From assembly GCA_964645755.1 (NCBI GenBank), contig CAZYBT010000001.1, positions 25,307-89,306 on the forward strand: a stretch of DNA of 64,000 bases, given 5' to 3'. Shown one piece after another: positions 36,928 through 47,216 of this stretch. The first letter of the stretch is position 1. Each line of letters opens with the position of its first letter. The notes beneath the pieces were generated by a model. The model was not told where the DNA came from. It made no database searches and saw only the letters and a program-made list of their open reading frames with translations. Origin of the DNA: an uncultured Rhizobium sp. (GTDB taxonomy: Bacteria > Bacteroidota > Bacteroidia > NS11-12g > UBA955). The position numbers and the translations under genes are program-made.

Positions 36928-39330
36928 ATGAGAAAATATGTATTTTCATTTCTAGTTTTTATCCAATATTTGAATTCATTGGGTGCTCAAAATCAATTTG
37001 CTCAAGATTTTTTCAAACCAATACAACTAGGCATCGGAGAAACAAAAATATGTTTGGGAGATTTTTTCCCGGGCGCAAGTATATTGAAAACCGACATAGA
37101 CCCCAACTCTGGTTATCGTGTGTTAAAACAAATTAAAGATACAGTATTTATTGTTTCATTGACTTCAAAGGTGAATCCAATGGCATTATTGAATGTCACA
37201 ATTAAAACAGCAGAATCTACGGTGAAATCCTATGTTTTGCCTTTAAAGAAAAATACCAAACAACAATTAAAATTCAAATTTCCTGACCTAAAGCATCAAT
37301 ATAAAACTGTTGCTATCAAGGGCACATTTAACTCTTGGAATCCTCAAAGTACAGTTTTAGCATTTGAAAATGGATTTTGGTATGGTGAAGTTTGGGCGTC
37401 TGAGGGTGTACATCAATATGTTTTTGTTTGCGATCAAAGTAAGGAATTACGCGATCCATTGAATTCAGATTCAGTGAGTAATGGAATGGGTGCTTATAAT
37501 TCTAAATTATCGATTGTTTCAAAGTTTATTTCCCTTAAAACTTTAGCCACAAATCAAGGTAAGAACAGTAAGATTTATTTAGAAACAAATATTTTGAATG
37601 GCGAAAAAGTTGATCAATTAAAAAATGTTCGGGTTATTGGATTGTATAACGACAATGTGATTTCTAAGATCATTTTGAATAAAAAGTTGAAGCATAAGTC
37701 AAATCGAATCGAAACATGCATCATTGAAATTGAGTTACCAGAGGAAGCGATGAATGGAAAGTTGGGTTATTTGAGATCTTGGGTCTATTTATCGGGGGAT
37801 AATGGGCTAAGCAATGATATTTTGGTTCCCTTTAAGAATGGTAAAAGGATTGTGGATGCTTCGCAGTTATCATTTAAAGATCCACGTACTTTGATTATTT
37901 ACAATCCAATGATTGACCGATTCAAGGATGGAAATAAAGAAAACAATCGCCCTTTGAACAGAGCCGATGTGAATCACAAGGTGGATTTTTGGGGAGGGGA
38001 CATCAAAGGAATCACTCAAAAAATTGAGGATGGGTATTTTAAGAAAATGAATATCAACACATTGTGGGTGTCTCCTGTGGTTAAGAACCCAGATGGTCCT
38101 TGGGGACAATGGAAATCTCCAAATACAAAATTCAGTGGTTATCATGGATATTGGCCAATTTCTTCTACTGAAACCGATACTCGGTTTTGCACTAAGTTAG
38201 AATTAGAGCAATTTATTCAAACAGCAGAAAAAAATGGAATCAACGTATTGTTAGATTACGTTGCGCATCATATTCATCAAGAACATCCACTTTACAAATC
38301 GCATCCAGATTGGTATACTTCATTGTATTTGCCAGATGGATCTAAGAATACGGAGCGCTGGGATGAGTACAGATTGACAACTTGGTTTGATGATTTTATG
38401 CCAACGTTTAATTTCTTTAAACCTGAGGTTGTTGAGGCAATGACAGATAGCGCGGTTTGGTGGATGCAAAATTATCCAATTTATGGTTTTAGACATGATG
38501 CTACCAAACATATACCGGATTTGTTTTGGCGTACGCTCACTAAAAAAATTAAAACCGAAGTTCTGATCCCTCAAAATAGGCCCGCTTATCAAATTGGTGA
38601 AACTTATGGTAGCCCTGAGTTAATTGGATCATATATTGGTTCTGATTTATTGGATGCTCAATTCGATTTTAACCTTTACGATGCGGCGGTGGCAACGTTT
38701 AAACAACCAAATTCCAATTGTCATAATCTTGCCGATATGATCAACGATAGCAAGAAGAATTATGGTTCTCATCACACCATGGGCAATATTACAGGCAATC
38801 AAGACAGGCCTAGATTTATTTCGTTGGCTGACGGAAGTTTAAAGGATGGTGAAAATTTTAAGCAGGTTGGTTGGGATCGAAACATTCAAATCAGTGATGA
38901 AACCGCATATAAAAGGTTACAAAATTTGGTTGCATTAATGGTTGCCGTTCCGGGCGTCCCAGTAATTTATTACGGTGACGAATTGGGATTTGCTGGGGCT
39001 AATGATCCAGATTGCCGCAGAATGATGCGATTTGTGAATGAAGGTACAGATTCTATTTCTTCTTTTGAAAAACTACATTTCGAAAAAATCACCTCGTTAT
39101 TATTGATGCGCAAAACAGAGATATGTTTGCAATATGGCGATTGTGAGGTTAAGTGTCTTTCTGATAACCTTTTGAAAATCGAGAGGAATTATTTTGGCAA
39201 AAAAATAGTATTTATTTTCAACACATCCAATCAAGCTGTGAATCTTGATTCGGAAATATTCGAAAAAGATAAAAATATGCCGATTATCAAGCAAATAGAC
39301 CCAGAAAGTTTTGTGTATTTTAAAAATTAA
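36928..39330 (+). CDS. GH13-family alpha-amylase-type glycoside hydrolase with N-terminal accessory domains. Secreted.
   Basis: GH13 conserved regions: …GYHGYW…, LLDYVAHH, GFRHDATKHIP, IGETYG, NQDRPRF. Confidence 0.8.
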   Translation: MRKYVFSFLVFIQYLNSLGAQNQFAQDFFKPIQLGIGETKICLGDFFPGASILKTDIDPNSGYRVLKQIKDTVFIVSLTSKVNPMALLNVTIKTAESTVKSYVLPLKKNTKQQLKFKFPDLKHQYKTVAIKGTFNSWNPQSTVLAFENGFWYGEVWASEGVHQYVFVCDQSKELRDPLNSDSVSNGMGAYNSKLSIVSKFISLKTLATNQGKNSKIYLETNILNGEKVDQLKNVRVIGLYNDNVISKIILNKKLKHKSNRIETCIIEIELPEEAMNGKLGYLRSWVYLSGDNGLSNDILVPFKNGKRIVDASQLSFKDPRTLIIYNPMIDRFKDGNKENNRPLNRADVNHKVDFWGGDIKGITQKIEDGYFKKMNINTLWVSPVVKNPDGPWGQWKSPNTKFSGYHGYWPISSTETDTRFCTKLELEQFIQTAEKNGINVLLDYVAHHIHQEHPLYKSHPDWYTSLYLPDGSKNTERWDEYRLTTWFDDFMPTFNFFKPEVVEAMTDSAVWWMQNYPIYGFRHDATKHIPDLFWRTLTKKIKTEVLIPQNRPAYQIGETYGSPELIGSYIGSDLLDAQFDFNLYDAAVATFKQPNSNCHNLADMINDSKKNYGSHHTMGNITGNQDRPRFISLADGSLKDGENFKQVGWDRNIQISDETAYKRLQNLVALMVAVPGVPVIYYGDELGFAGANDPDCRRMMRFVNEGTDSISSFEKLHFEKITSLLLMRKTEICLQYGDCEVKCLSDNLLKIERNYFGKKIVFIFNTSNQAVNLDSEIFEKDKNMPIIKQIDPESFVYFKN

Positions 39331-39332
39331 AT

Positions 39333-40583
39333 TTACACCAAAGTTACTACAGTAATTTCAGGGTAAATTCCCATTCTTCCTGGATAGCCCAAATATCCAA
39401 ACCCACGATTTACATATAAATGTTGATTGTTTTCAGTGTATAAATCCATCCATTCAGGATAAATGTATTTTGCTGGACTCCATCTATAAAATGCCGTATC
39501 TACACCAAATTGCAATCCGTGTGTGTGTCCTGCAAAACTAACTTTAATATCTGGTTTATGATCTAAAACTTGTTGACGCCAATGGGTTGGATCGTGACTC
39601 AAAAGCAATTTAACTGGAATGTCTTCCGTTCCTTTGTATGCTTTTTCTAAATTGCCATATTTCGGAAATTTACCCAGATTGCTCCAATTTTGGATACCCA
39701 AGATGGCAATTTTATCACCGTTTTTTTCAATAATTCTGTGTTCATCCATTAATAAATCCCAGCCAAGTGATTTGTGATGTTGTAGGATATCGTTGAAGTT
39801 TTTTTGCTTGGCTTCTTCTGATTCCCATATTACATAGTCGCCATAATCGTGATTACCAAGGGTTGAATAAACTCCCATAGGAGCTTTGATTTTATTGAAA
39901 ACATCAATCCATGGCTCGACTTCTTTGGACGTATCATTAACCAAATCACCAGTAAAAAAGACCATATCTGCGTTCTGTTGATTAATCAAATCAATACCTT
40001 TGATGACTGCTTCGCGGTTCCAAAAGCTACCTGAGTGAATATCAGAAATCTGAACAATTTTTAATCCTTTAAAAGCATCGGGTAAGCCATCAATTTTCAA
40101 TGTGCGTTTGCGTACAACATAATTATGCGCACCTTTAAATATCCCCCAAATTGCGGAACTAATAAACAAACCACCAAGGCCTAATCCAATGTAATGCAGG
40201 AATTTAAGTCGAGAAATCCCATGTTCTGTTGTTGTATTTTCTGTTGTTTTTGAGTTTATAGAATAGACGATAAAACGAATCAATCTTTGAATATCATCAA
40301 TCATTAAAAAGAGCACATACAACACTTTTGATATGAGAATAAACAACATGAAAGCACCTATGAACTTACCAATTTGAGAGGTAGGTTTTACAGCGATAAA
40401 TTTTCCAGCTGCAAACATCAAATAGATTAAAATATTATAACCCCAATATGTATATTTTACAATGTTATATTTTTTATGTGACGTTGTTTTGATTAAAAAT
40501 TTTAAACCTTGCCAAACATAAATGTCAAGAGAAATGAAAATAAGAAAGAAAACGTAGGGCCCGAATAGTTTACTTTTTAACAT
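39333..40583 (-). CDS. Membrane-anchored calcineurin-like metallophosphoesterase.
   Basis: N-terminal TM helices. MPP motifs GDLVND, GNHDYG, GHTHG. Confidence 0.8.
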   Translation of the reverse strand: MLKSKLFGPYVFFLIFISLDIYVWQGLKFLIKTTSHKKYNIVKYTYWGYNILIYLMFAAGKFIAVKPTSQIGKFIGAFMLFILISKVLYVLFLMIDDIQRLIRFIVYSINSKTTENTTTEHGISRLKFLHYIGLGLGGLFISSAIWGIFKGAHNYVVRKRTLKIDGLPDAFKGLKIVQISDIHSGSFWNREAVIKGIDLINQQNADMVFFTGDLVNDTSKEVEPWIDVFNKIKAPMGVYSTLGNHDYGDYVIWESEEAKQKNFNDILQHHKSLGWDLLMDEHRIIEKNGDKIAILGIQNWSNLGKFPKYGNLEKAYKGTEDIPVKLLLSHDPTHWRQQVLDHKPDIKVSFAGHTHGLQFGVDTAFYRWSPAKYIYPEWMDLYTENNQHLYVNRGFGYLGYPGRMGIYPEITVVTLV

Positions 40584-40674
40584 GAGTTTACAAAATTACA
40601 CCTTGAATGGATACAAGTTACAAGAACATCGTTAAAAGGTATAAAAACTCTGTTTAATTTCTTTTGTTCAATTT

Positions 40675-43600
40675 TTGATTAAATTTGAAAATATGCAAAA
40701 AAGTTTGAGTTTATTGTTTGCAATTTTTGCAAATATCACGTTGTTTGCTCAAGTTACAGTAGATGAATTACTTAAGAGTATTCCACTCAGAAATCTTGGC
40801 CCTGCAGCAATGAGTGGCAGAATTACCACCATAGCAGTTCCGCGTAATACGTCAACAGTAGATTATAAGAATACAATTTATTGCGGTGCGGCAAGTGGCG
40901 GAGTTTGGAAAAGTGAAAATGGCGGCATTTCATGGAAGCCAGTATTTGATGAAATGGATGTTCAAAGTATAGGCGCAATTGCAATTGATCCAACGAATGC
41001 CAATATTGTTTACGTAGGAACAGGTGAGGGAAATCCTCGAAATAGCCACAACAGTGGAAAAGGCATTTATAAAAGCTTTGATGCAGGAAAAACTTGGAAA
41101 TTTATTGGACTTGAAAATACCAAAACAATTCATCGAATTGTAATCAATCCTTCGAATCCAAGACAAATTTTTGTGGCTTCATTGGGTAGTATCTGGGGTA
41201 AAAACGACGATAGGGGTGTTTTTCGAAGCGATGATGCCGGCGAAACATGGAAAAAAGTATTGTTTGTAAATGCTACCACAGGCTGCGGTGAATTGATTAT
41301 AGATGAAAATCATCCAAACAAGTTGTTTGCTTGTATGTACGATTATGAGAGAAAACCTTATACTTTTCGAAGCGGGGGATCTGGAAGTGGAATCTTTGTT
41401 TCGCATGATTGGGGTACGACTTGGGAAAAATTAGGTGCTCAAAACGGTCTACCCAAAGGCGATATTGGTCGCTCCGGAATGGCAATTAGTTTGAGTCATC
41501 CAAATAAAATTTATGCTTTAGTAGAAACTGAAAAAAATACCTTGTTTAAAAGCTCTGACGGTGGTAAAAATTGGTCTAAAATGTCCCAAAATACCACTAT
41601 TGGAAACCGTCCGTTTTATTACGCAGAAATTTATGTAGATCCTACCAACGAAAATAGGGTTTACTCGATTTGGAGCCAAATTTCAAAAAGTGAAGATGGA
41701 GGAAAAAATTGGGACATTTTGGCGGATTGGGGACACATACATCCCGATCATCATGCGTTTTTTGTGCACCCTGATGATCCAAAGTACATCATTAATGGAA
41801 ATGATGGAGGTTTAAATATTTCTCATGATGGGGGACATACTTGGAGATTTGCTGAAAACATTCCAGTTGGTCAATTTTATCATGTGAATGTGGATCATGA
41901 TGTTCCATACCATGTGTATGGCGGTTTACAAGATAATGGCAGTTGGGTTGGTCCAGGATTTACGTTTAAATATGGCGGTATTCCAAATCATGAATGGCAA
42001 GAACTACTTTTTGGTGATGGATTTGATGTGGTTCCTCTTGAGAATAATTCAAATGAGGGATATGCGATGTATCAGGGAGGAAACGTTTATCATTATAACC
42101 TTAAAACTCAAAGAACAACTTTTATTAAGCCAACTCATCCTACCATCAAAAATCTAAGATTTAATTGGAATGCAGCTATTGCTTCAATTCCAGGTAGCCC
42201 AAACTCCCTTTATTTTGGAAGTCAGTTTTTACATGTAAGTCACAATAAGGGAATTAGTTGGGAAATTATTTCACCTGATTTGACTACAAACGACACATCT
42301 AAATTGCATCAAGAAAAAAGTGGTGGCATCACTATTGATGCAACAGGTGCTGAAAATTACTGTACCATCATTTCAATTGCTCCAAGTTTAAAGAATCCAT
42401 TGAATCGTATTCTCGTTGGGACCGATGATGGTAACATTCAGTTAACGGACAATGGTGGTAAAAATTGGCAGAATTTGACACCTAATATCATTGGTTTACC
42501 GCGAAATGCTTGGATTTCAATGATTGTTTTAGATACCAATTTGGTTACACAAAAGAACAGCAAAAATGGATTGATTTCGCAGGAGTTGAGAGAAGATATT
42601 TGGGTAGTGGCAAACAATTACCGTCAAAACGATTGGAAACCATACTTATTTAAGTCAATAGATGGTGGAAAGACTTGGCAAAATATGGTTACATCTACTG
42701 TTAAGGGACATTGTTTGTCGGTGGTTGTAGATCCAAAAAATCACAAATTGGTTTTTTTGGGCACAGATCAAGGTTTGTTTTATAGTTTAAATGGCGGAAT
42801 TACTTGGGAAAAATGGAAGAAGTTTCCTTCATGTCCGGTTCAAGATTTGAAAATCCAAGATTCAGAACATGATTTGGTGATTGGTACATTTGGTCGAGGC
42901 ATTTGGGTTGTAGATGATATTGGTGCTTTTTATCCGTTCGTAACTACACAATTTATGAAGAAACCATTGCAAGTTTTATCGTCCACTCATGGATATGTGG
43001 TTGATTACATACAGCCTGCGGGAATGCGATTTGGCGCCGATGCTGTTTGGAATGCACCGAATAAACCTTTTGGATGCAACTTGACGTTGGCGGTTAATTC
43101 AGAGAAAAAAAATAACGATTGGATCAAGCTAGATTTCGAAGGAAAGGTTTTTGATGCTTCTGGCAAGCAAATTAGATGTCACAAATTTTCATTTGATAGC
43201 TCTGGGGTGTATAGAATCCAATGGAGAATGATAGAGGATGGTTTTTATTTCCCGTCACATTCAACGCCCAAAAAAGATGAATCTTTACCTCCGGGAAGGT
43301 TGGTAAAACCCGGGAAATACAAATTGATTATCGCACAGAAAAATGTGAGTTTAGATAGTGTCATGGTTGAAGTTTTATATCCTAAGAATGATTTTGATGC
43401 AAATGATTACAACCAACAAACTGAAGCAATAGAGCAATTTAAGACTTTGGTGAAGTCTGGTTTTGATATTTTTGAGGGACTTAAACAGATGGAAAAATCC
43501 GTTATAAAATTAAGTGAAGAAGCTTGGGAAAATGATTCAATGACGGCTTTTTTCACTCGCAATAAATCAAAAATGCTAGATTCAATAAAAAATTATAAAT

Positions 43601-43866
43601 CACTCTTTATGTTAGCAGAAGATATTACTTACTATGAAGAATCGACGGTAAGATTGAATCATTTACTTGAGCAGGGGTATTCGTTTATTTTCCAAAGAAA
43701 TGAAATTGGTAAGAATGTTGAGAACTCTATAAAATTGATTGATAATGAATTAGCGCAAATCAGGAAAAGGGTGAATCATTTTATTGAAAGCGACTGGCTA
43801 AAGTTTGAATCAATGATTAAAAATTCCCGTATGAATCTGATTCCGAATATCAAAAAGTATGAGTAG
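40675..43866 (+). CDS. Secreted BNR/Asp-box repeat protein of the sortilin/VPS10 (GH74-like beta-propeller) type. 1063 aa.
   Basis: Repeated S-x-D-x-G-x-T-W motifs (SENGGISWK, SFDAGKTWK, SDDAGETWK, SHDWGTTWE, SSDGGKNWS, SEDGGKNWD, SHDGGHTWR, TDNGGKNWQ, SIDGGKTWQ, SLNGGITWE). Confidence 0.75.
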   Translation: MIKFENMQKSLSLLFAIFANITLFAQVTVDELLKSIPLRNLGPAAMSGRITTIAVPRNTSTVDYKNTIYCGAASGGVWKSENGGISWKPVFDEMDVQSIGAIAIDPTNANIVYVGTGEGNPRNSHNSGKGIYKSFDAGKTWKFIGLENTKTIHRIVINPSNPRQIFVASLGSIWGKNDDRGVFRSDDAGETWKKVLFVNATTGCGELIIDENHPNKLFACMYDYERKPYTFRSGGSGSGIFVSHDWGTTWEKLGAQNGLPKGDIGRSGMAISLSHPNKIYALVETEKNTLFKSSDGGKNWSKMSQNTTIGNRPFYYAEIYVDPTNENRVYSIWSQISKSEDGGKNWDILADWGHIHPDHHAFFVHPDDPKYIINGNDGGLNISHDGGHTWRFAENIPVGQFYHVNVDHDVPYHVYGGLQDNGSWVGPGFTFKYGGIPNHEWQELLFGDGFDVVPLENNSNEGYAMYQGGNVYHYNLKTQRTTFIKPTHPTIKNLRFNWNAAIASIPGSPNSLYFGSQFLHVSHNKGISWEIISPDLTTNDTSKLHQEKSGGITIDATGAENYCTIISIAPSLKNPLNRILVGTDDGNIQLTDNGGKNWQNLTPNIIGLPRNAWISMIVLDTNLVTQKNSKNGLISQELREDIWVVANNYRQNDWKPYLFKSIDGGKTWQNMVTSTVKGHCLSVVVDPKNHKLVFLGTDQGLFYSLNGGITWEKWKKFPSCPVQDLKIQDSEHDLVIGTFGRGIWVVDDIGAFYPFVTTQFMKKPLQVLSSTHGYVVDYIQPAGMRFGADAVWNAPNKPFGCNLTLAVNSEKKNNDWIKLDFEGKVFDASGKQIRCHKFSFDSSGVYRIQWRMIEDGFYFPSHSTPKKDESLPPGRLVKPGKYKLIIAQKNVSLDSVMVEVLYPKNDFDANDYNQQTEAIEQFKTLVKSGFDIFEGLKQMEKSVIKLSEEAWENDSMTAFFTRNKSKMLDSIKNYKSLFMLAEDITYYEESTVRLNHLLEQGYSFIFQRNEIGKNVENSIKLIDNELAQIRKRVNHFIESDWLKFESMIKNSRMNLIPNIKKYE

Positions 43867-43966
43867 CGTCAAATATGAGAAATTGGTAGTTTGAAAAATG
43901 GTCTATTCTGTGGGAATTCCGATATATTGACTTAAATTTGAACTTGCATAAATCGCTTTATTTATC

Positions 43967-46900
43967 TTGAGGATTTTAAAATCAGCTTTACTCATTCTTT
44001 TATTGTTTGTGGCGAAAGGTTCTTTTTCGCAACAATTGATATTGGGACCTGGTATAACGCCTCTTTCTCCCGTTTACACGTTTTCTTCCCTTCGCTTGAA
44101 AGCTGCTGTGGTAAATTTATACAGGAGATTTGGAGTTTATGGAATGTGGGAATTGAGTCCGAATAACAGCTATGGTAGAGATGCAATAGGGATCAATTAT
44201 CAAGTAAACTGCGTTTTTAGAATATGGGCCGGCTTAGGTGTATTTGAAAAGGGTCTGATTAATCCGCAAGTTCCAGACAATATCATGAATGGATTAAGAA
44301 AAGAAATGGGTATGGGCTATGTTTCCAGAGAAGCTCCTATTCATTGGGAACTTGGATATTCATTTACACTTGGACCAACATTTAACTTTTTCTATGAAAT
44401 TCCGTTGGTAAAAAAAGATAGAAATGGTGATGGCAAATACACAAATATTGATAGAAGCATTCCATGTACCTTGGAATGGATGAGAAGGGATTCTACAATC
44501 GAAATTGTGTATGATACAATTTATGTGAACCCCAAACCAACCAAAGCTGTTTGTGAAGTGCCAATACCTATCGATAGCTTTAATCAAGACAATGCAACTA
44601 GTGCTGTATTTGATCTTCCAATGTATTATGAGAAAGATCAGAGTACATTAAGTGATTTTAGCAAAGAGAAAATAAAATATTATTTGGTAGAAATTTTAAA
44701 GAGCCGACCTGACTTAAGTGTAGAAATTGGTTCTCATACCCCGTGTAACAGTCGTAAAGAATACAATACTCAATTGACTCAGCGTCGTGCTGATACCATT
44801 AAAAATTACCTTGTTCGTGAGTTTGGTGCTTCCCCTGAAAGAATTTTAGCCAAAGGCTATGGAGAATCTAAGTTGGTGAATATGTGTAAATGTGAAGGAA
44901 GTGAAGTATATGGTTATACTCCATTTATTGACAGTGTAACTCAAAAGCAAATTATCAATTATGACCGCCAAGGAAATTACAAAGGGAGAATTTATTTAAA
45001 TTATAATAAATCTGAAATTTCAGTGATTAATGGAAAATTGTATGTGAAATGCGATAATTATCAAGAATTACAAAATGACAGGGTGACATTGAGATTCAAG
45101 AAAAAACTGTCGAGGTTTGCAAAACTCAAAGATAGCTGCCATATTTTCTCACCCGGTGATTCATTGATTAAAACAAAAGACTGTAAAGATAATTTTGAAC
45201 TTGGATCTATACCGTTCGATAAATTAACTGCTTCCACCGCTCTTGATGGAATATATGATTTACCGTTAGTTTATGAACAGAATAAAGTAACCAATGAGGT
45301 GGCGAGCTTTGAGTTTTTAGATTCTTTGGCCACTAAAATATTAATTCCAAATCCTAAATTGGTAGTAGAATTGGGGTCCCATACAGATTGCCGTCAAACT
45401 TCAGAATACAATAAAAATTTATCCCAAAAACGTGCAGATAGTGCTGTCGCATATTTGGTTAAAACATATAAAATTGATCCCAACAGAATTGATGCTCGTG
45501 GATATGGCGAAGCTAGATTAATCAACAGTTGTCAATGCGAAGGATCAGAAATAACCGGATATACACCATACATTGAAGGCATTACTCAAAGAATGGAGAT
45601 TGAGTTGGATGCGCGTGGCAAACAACTTCGATCCTATTATGTGCCCTATAATCAAAGAGAAATTAAGGTTATTGATGGTAATCCTTTTGTACCTTGTAAT
45701 GAGAAGCAACACCGGCAAAATAGGAGAACAACATTAAGGTTTGCTGAGAGATTTTCAGATTTGTGTATTGAGAAAGCCTATATTGCTCCGGATACCACTC
45801 CTCCGCCTCCAGACACTATACTACCAACCATGGAAATTGTAATGAAAGATGCAAACTCTATCGATAATTTCTCAATTGAGCGCGCATACGACGAGGTGTT
45901 TTTATTACCAGTATTCTATGATTTGGATAAAGCAATCATTCGTCCTGATGCTCAGCGAATATTAGATTCGTTCGCAATCAAAATTTTAAATAAATATCCT
46001 TTCCTCGTAACTGAATTAGGTTCTCATACCGATTGTCGTATGCCGTATGAATATAACGAAAAACTTGCACGTAGGCGTGCGGATTCGGCGGTGGCTTATC
46101 TGAGAAGGGTTTGGAATATTGGCCCAGATAGAATTGTGGCTGTAGGTTATGGAGAAACCCAATTGATGAATGATTGTCACTGTGAAGCTTCAGCAGTGGT
46201 TGACTATACCCCTTATATCAAAGGGAGAACGAAGAAAAAATTGGTAGAACTCGATGATGATGGTAACGTGAGTAGAACAATTTATTTGGATTATGATTCA
46301 ACTGAAATTGTATATTTTGATGGAGATCCTTATGTAAAATGTAATGAATTTCAACATCGTCAAAACCGAAGAACCACCGTTCGATTTACAAAAGATCCAT
46401 CCAAATTTGGGATTAAAATTGATTTAGAACGTGATAAAAATAATACCAATGAAGGTAATTCGAATACGTTTGCCAAAGGTCGTAAAGGGGGTAGAGGCTT
46501 CATTAAAGACAATGTTGAGGAATTCCATAAAAACGTGAAAGACATTTCTCAATTTGATATAAAAGAGGCTATGGATGTAGCGTATGTTCTCCCAATTTTC
46601 TATGATTTGGATAAGGCGGTTATAAGACCAGATGCCATCGCAACGTTAGACTCGTTTATGTCGCGCATTATGAATAAATATCCTCAGTTGGTGGCGGAAC
46701 TTGGTTCGCATACTGATTGCCGAATGCCATATGATTACAATGTATCATTGTCTAATCGAAGGGCTGATAGTGCTGTAGATTATCTGATTACGCGTGCAAA
46801 ACTCGATAAAAATAGGGTAGTAGCCGTTGGTTATGGTGAAACCCAACTCATCAATGATTGTAAATGTGAGGGATCTAAAGTTGAAGGTTTTACACCTTAT

Positions 46901-47137
46901 GTAGAAGGTACCACTAAGAAAATGCTGGTTGAATTGGATGATGATGGTAACGTGAGTAAAACCATTTACTTAGATTACGAACCATCTGAAATACAATATG
47001 TAGAAGGATCTCCGTATGTAAAATGTAATGAATTTCAGCATCGCCAAAATAGAAGGACAACTGTGCGTTTCGCAACCGATCCGAGAGAGTTTGGTGTTAC
47101 AATTGATCAGGATGTAGATAAAAACAATCGAAATTAA
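43967..47137 (+). CDS. Large secreted OmpA-family protein. Four tandem modules, each an OmpA-like peptidoglycan-binding domain plus a Cys-containing linker.
   Basis: TTG start. Signal peptide. Four times …ELGSHTDCR…YN..LS.RRADSAV.YL…GYGE..L…C.CEGS…V.C…HRQNRRTT.RF. Modules 3 and 4 are nearly identical. Confidence 0.8.
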   Translation: MRILKSALLILLLFVAKGSFSQQLILGPGITPLSPVYTFSSLRLKAAVVNLYRRFGVYGMWELSPNNSYGRDAIGINYQVNCVFRIWAGLGVFEKGLINPQVPDNIMNGLRKEMGMGYVSREAPIHWELGYSFTLGPTFNFFYEIPLVKKDRNGDGKYTNIDRSIPCTLEWMRRDSTIEIVYDTIYVNPKPTKAVCEVPIPIDSFNQDNATSAVFDLPMYYEKDQSTLSDFSKEKIKYYLVEILKSRPDLSVEIGSHTPCNSRKEYNTQLTQRRADTIKNYLVREFGASPERILAKGYGESKLVNMCKCEGSEVYGYTPFIDSVTQKQIINYDRQGNYKGRIYLNYNKSEISVINGKLYVKCDNYQELQNDRVTLRFKKKLSRFAKLKDSCHIFSPGDSLIKTKDCKDNFELGSIPFDKLTASTALDGIYDLPLVYEQNKVTNEVASFEFLDSLATKILIPNPKLVVELGSHTDCRQTSEYNKNLSQKRADSAVAYLVKTYKIDPNRIDARGYGEARLINSCQCEGSEITGYTPYIEGITQRMEIELDARGKQLRSYYVPYNQREIKVIDGNPFVPCNEKQHRQNRRTTLRFAERFSDLCIEKAYIAPDTTPPPPDTILPTMEIVMKDANSIDNFSIERAYDEVFLLPVFYDLDKAIIRPDAQRILDSFAIKILNKYPFLVTELGSHTDCRMPYEYNEKLARRRADSAVAYLRRVWNIGPDRIVAVGYGETQLMNDCHCEASAVVDYTPYIKGRTKKKLVELDDDGNVSRTIYLDYDSTEIVYFDGDPYVKCNEFQHRQNRRTTVRFTKDPSKFGIKIDLERDKNNTNEGNSNTFAKGRKGGRGFIKDNVEEFHKNVKDISQFDIKEAMDVAYVLPIFYDLDKAVIRPDAIATLDSFMSRIMNKYPQLVAELGSHTDCRMPYDYNVSLSNRRADSAVDYLITRAKLDKNRVVAVGYGETQLINDCKCEGSKVEGFTPYVEGTTKKMLVELDDDGNVSKTIYLDYEPSEIQYVEGSPYVKCNEFQHRQNRRTTVRFATDPREFGVTIDQDVDKNNRN

Positions 47138-47169
47138 CTGTAATACAATTTGTTAATCAATTAACAATC

Positions 47170-47204
47170 AAAAAAAATGCCTCCCATTGGGAGGCATTTT
47201 TTAT
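47170..47204. terminator. Bidirectional rho-independent terminator between the convergent OmpA-repeat gene and htpG.
   Basis: A7-atgcctccc-attg-ggaggcat-T6. Stem flanked by an A-run on one side and a T-run on the other. Confidence 0.8.
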
Positions 47205-47216
47205 CTAATGTTCTTT

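Noticed and set aside
41888-42157. 89-aa ORF within the BNR-repeat gene, and several 60-100-aa reverse-strand ORFs inside wzc, the GTs, the amylases, htpG and mutL
   Set aside because: All are embedded in long, motif-supported CDSs on the other strand or frame. They are typical AT-rich spurious ORFs.
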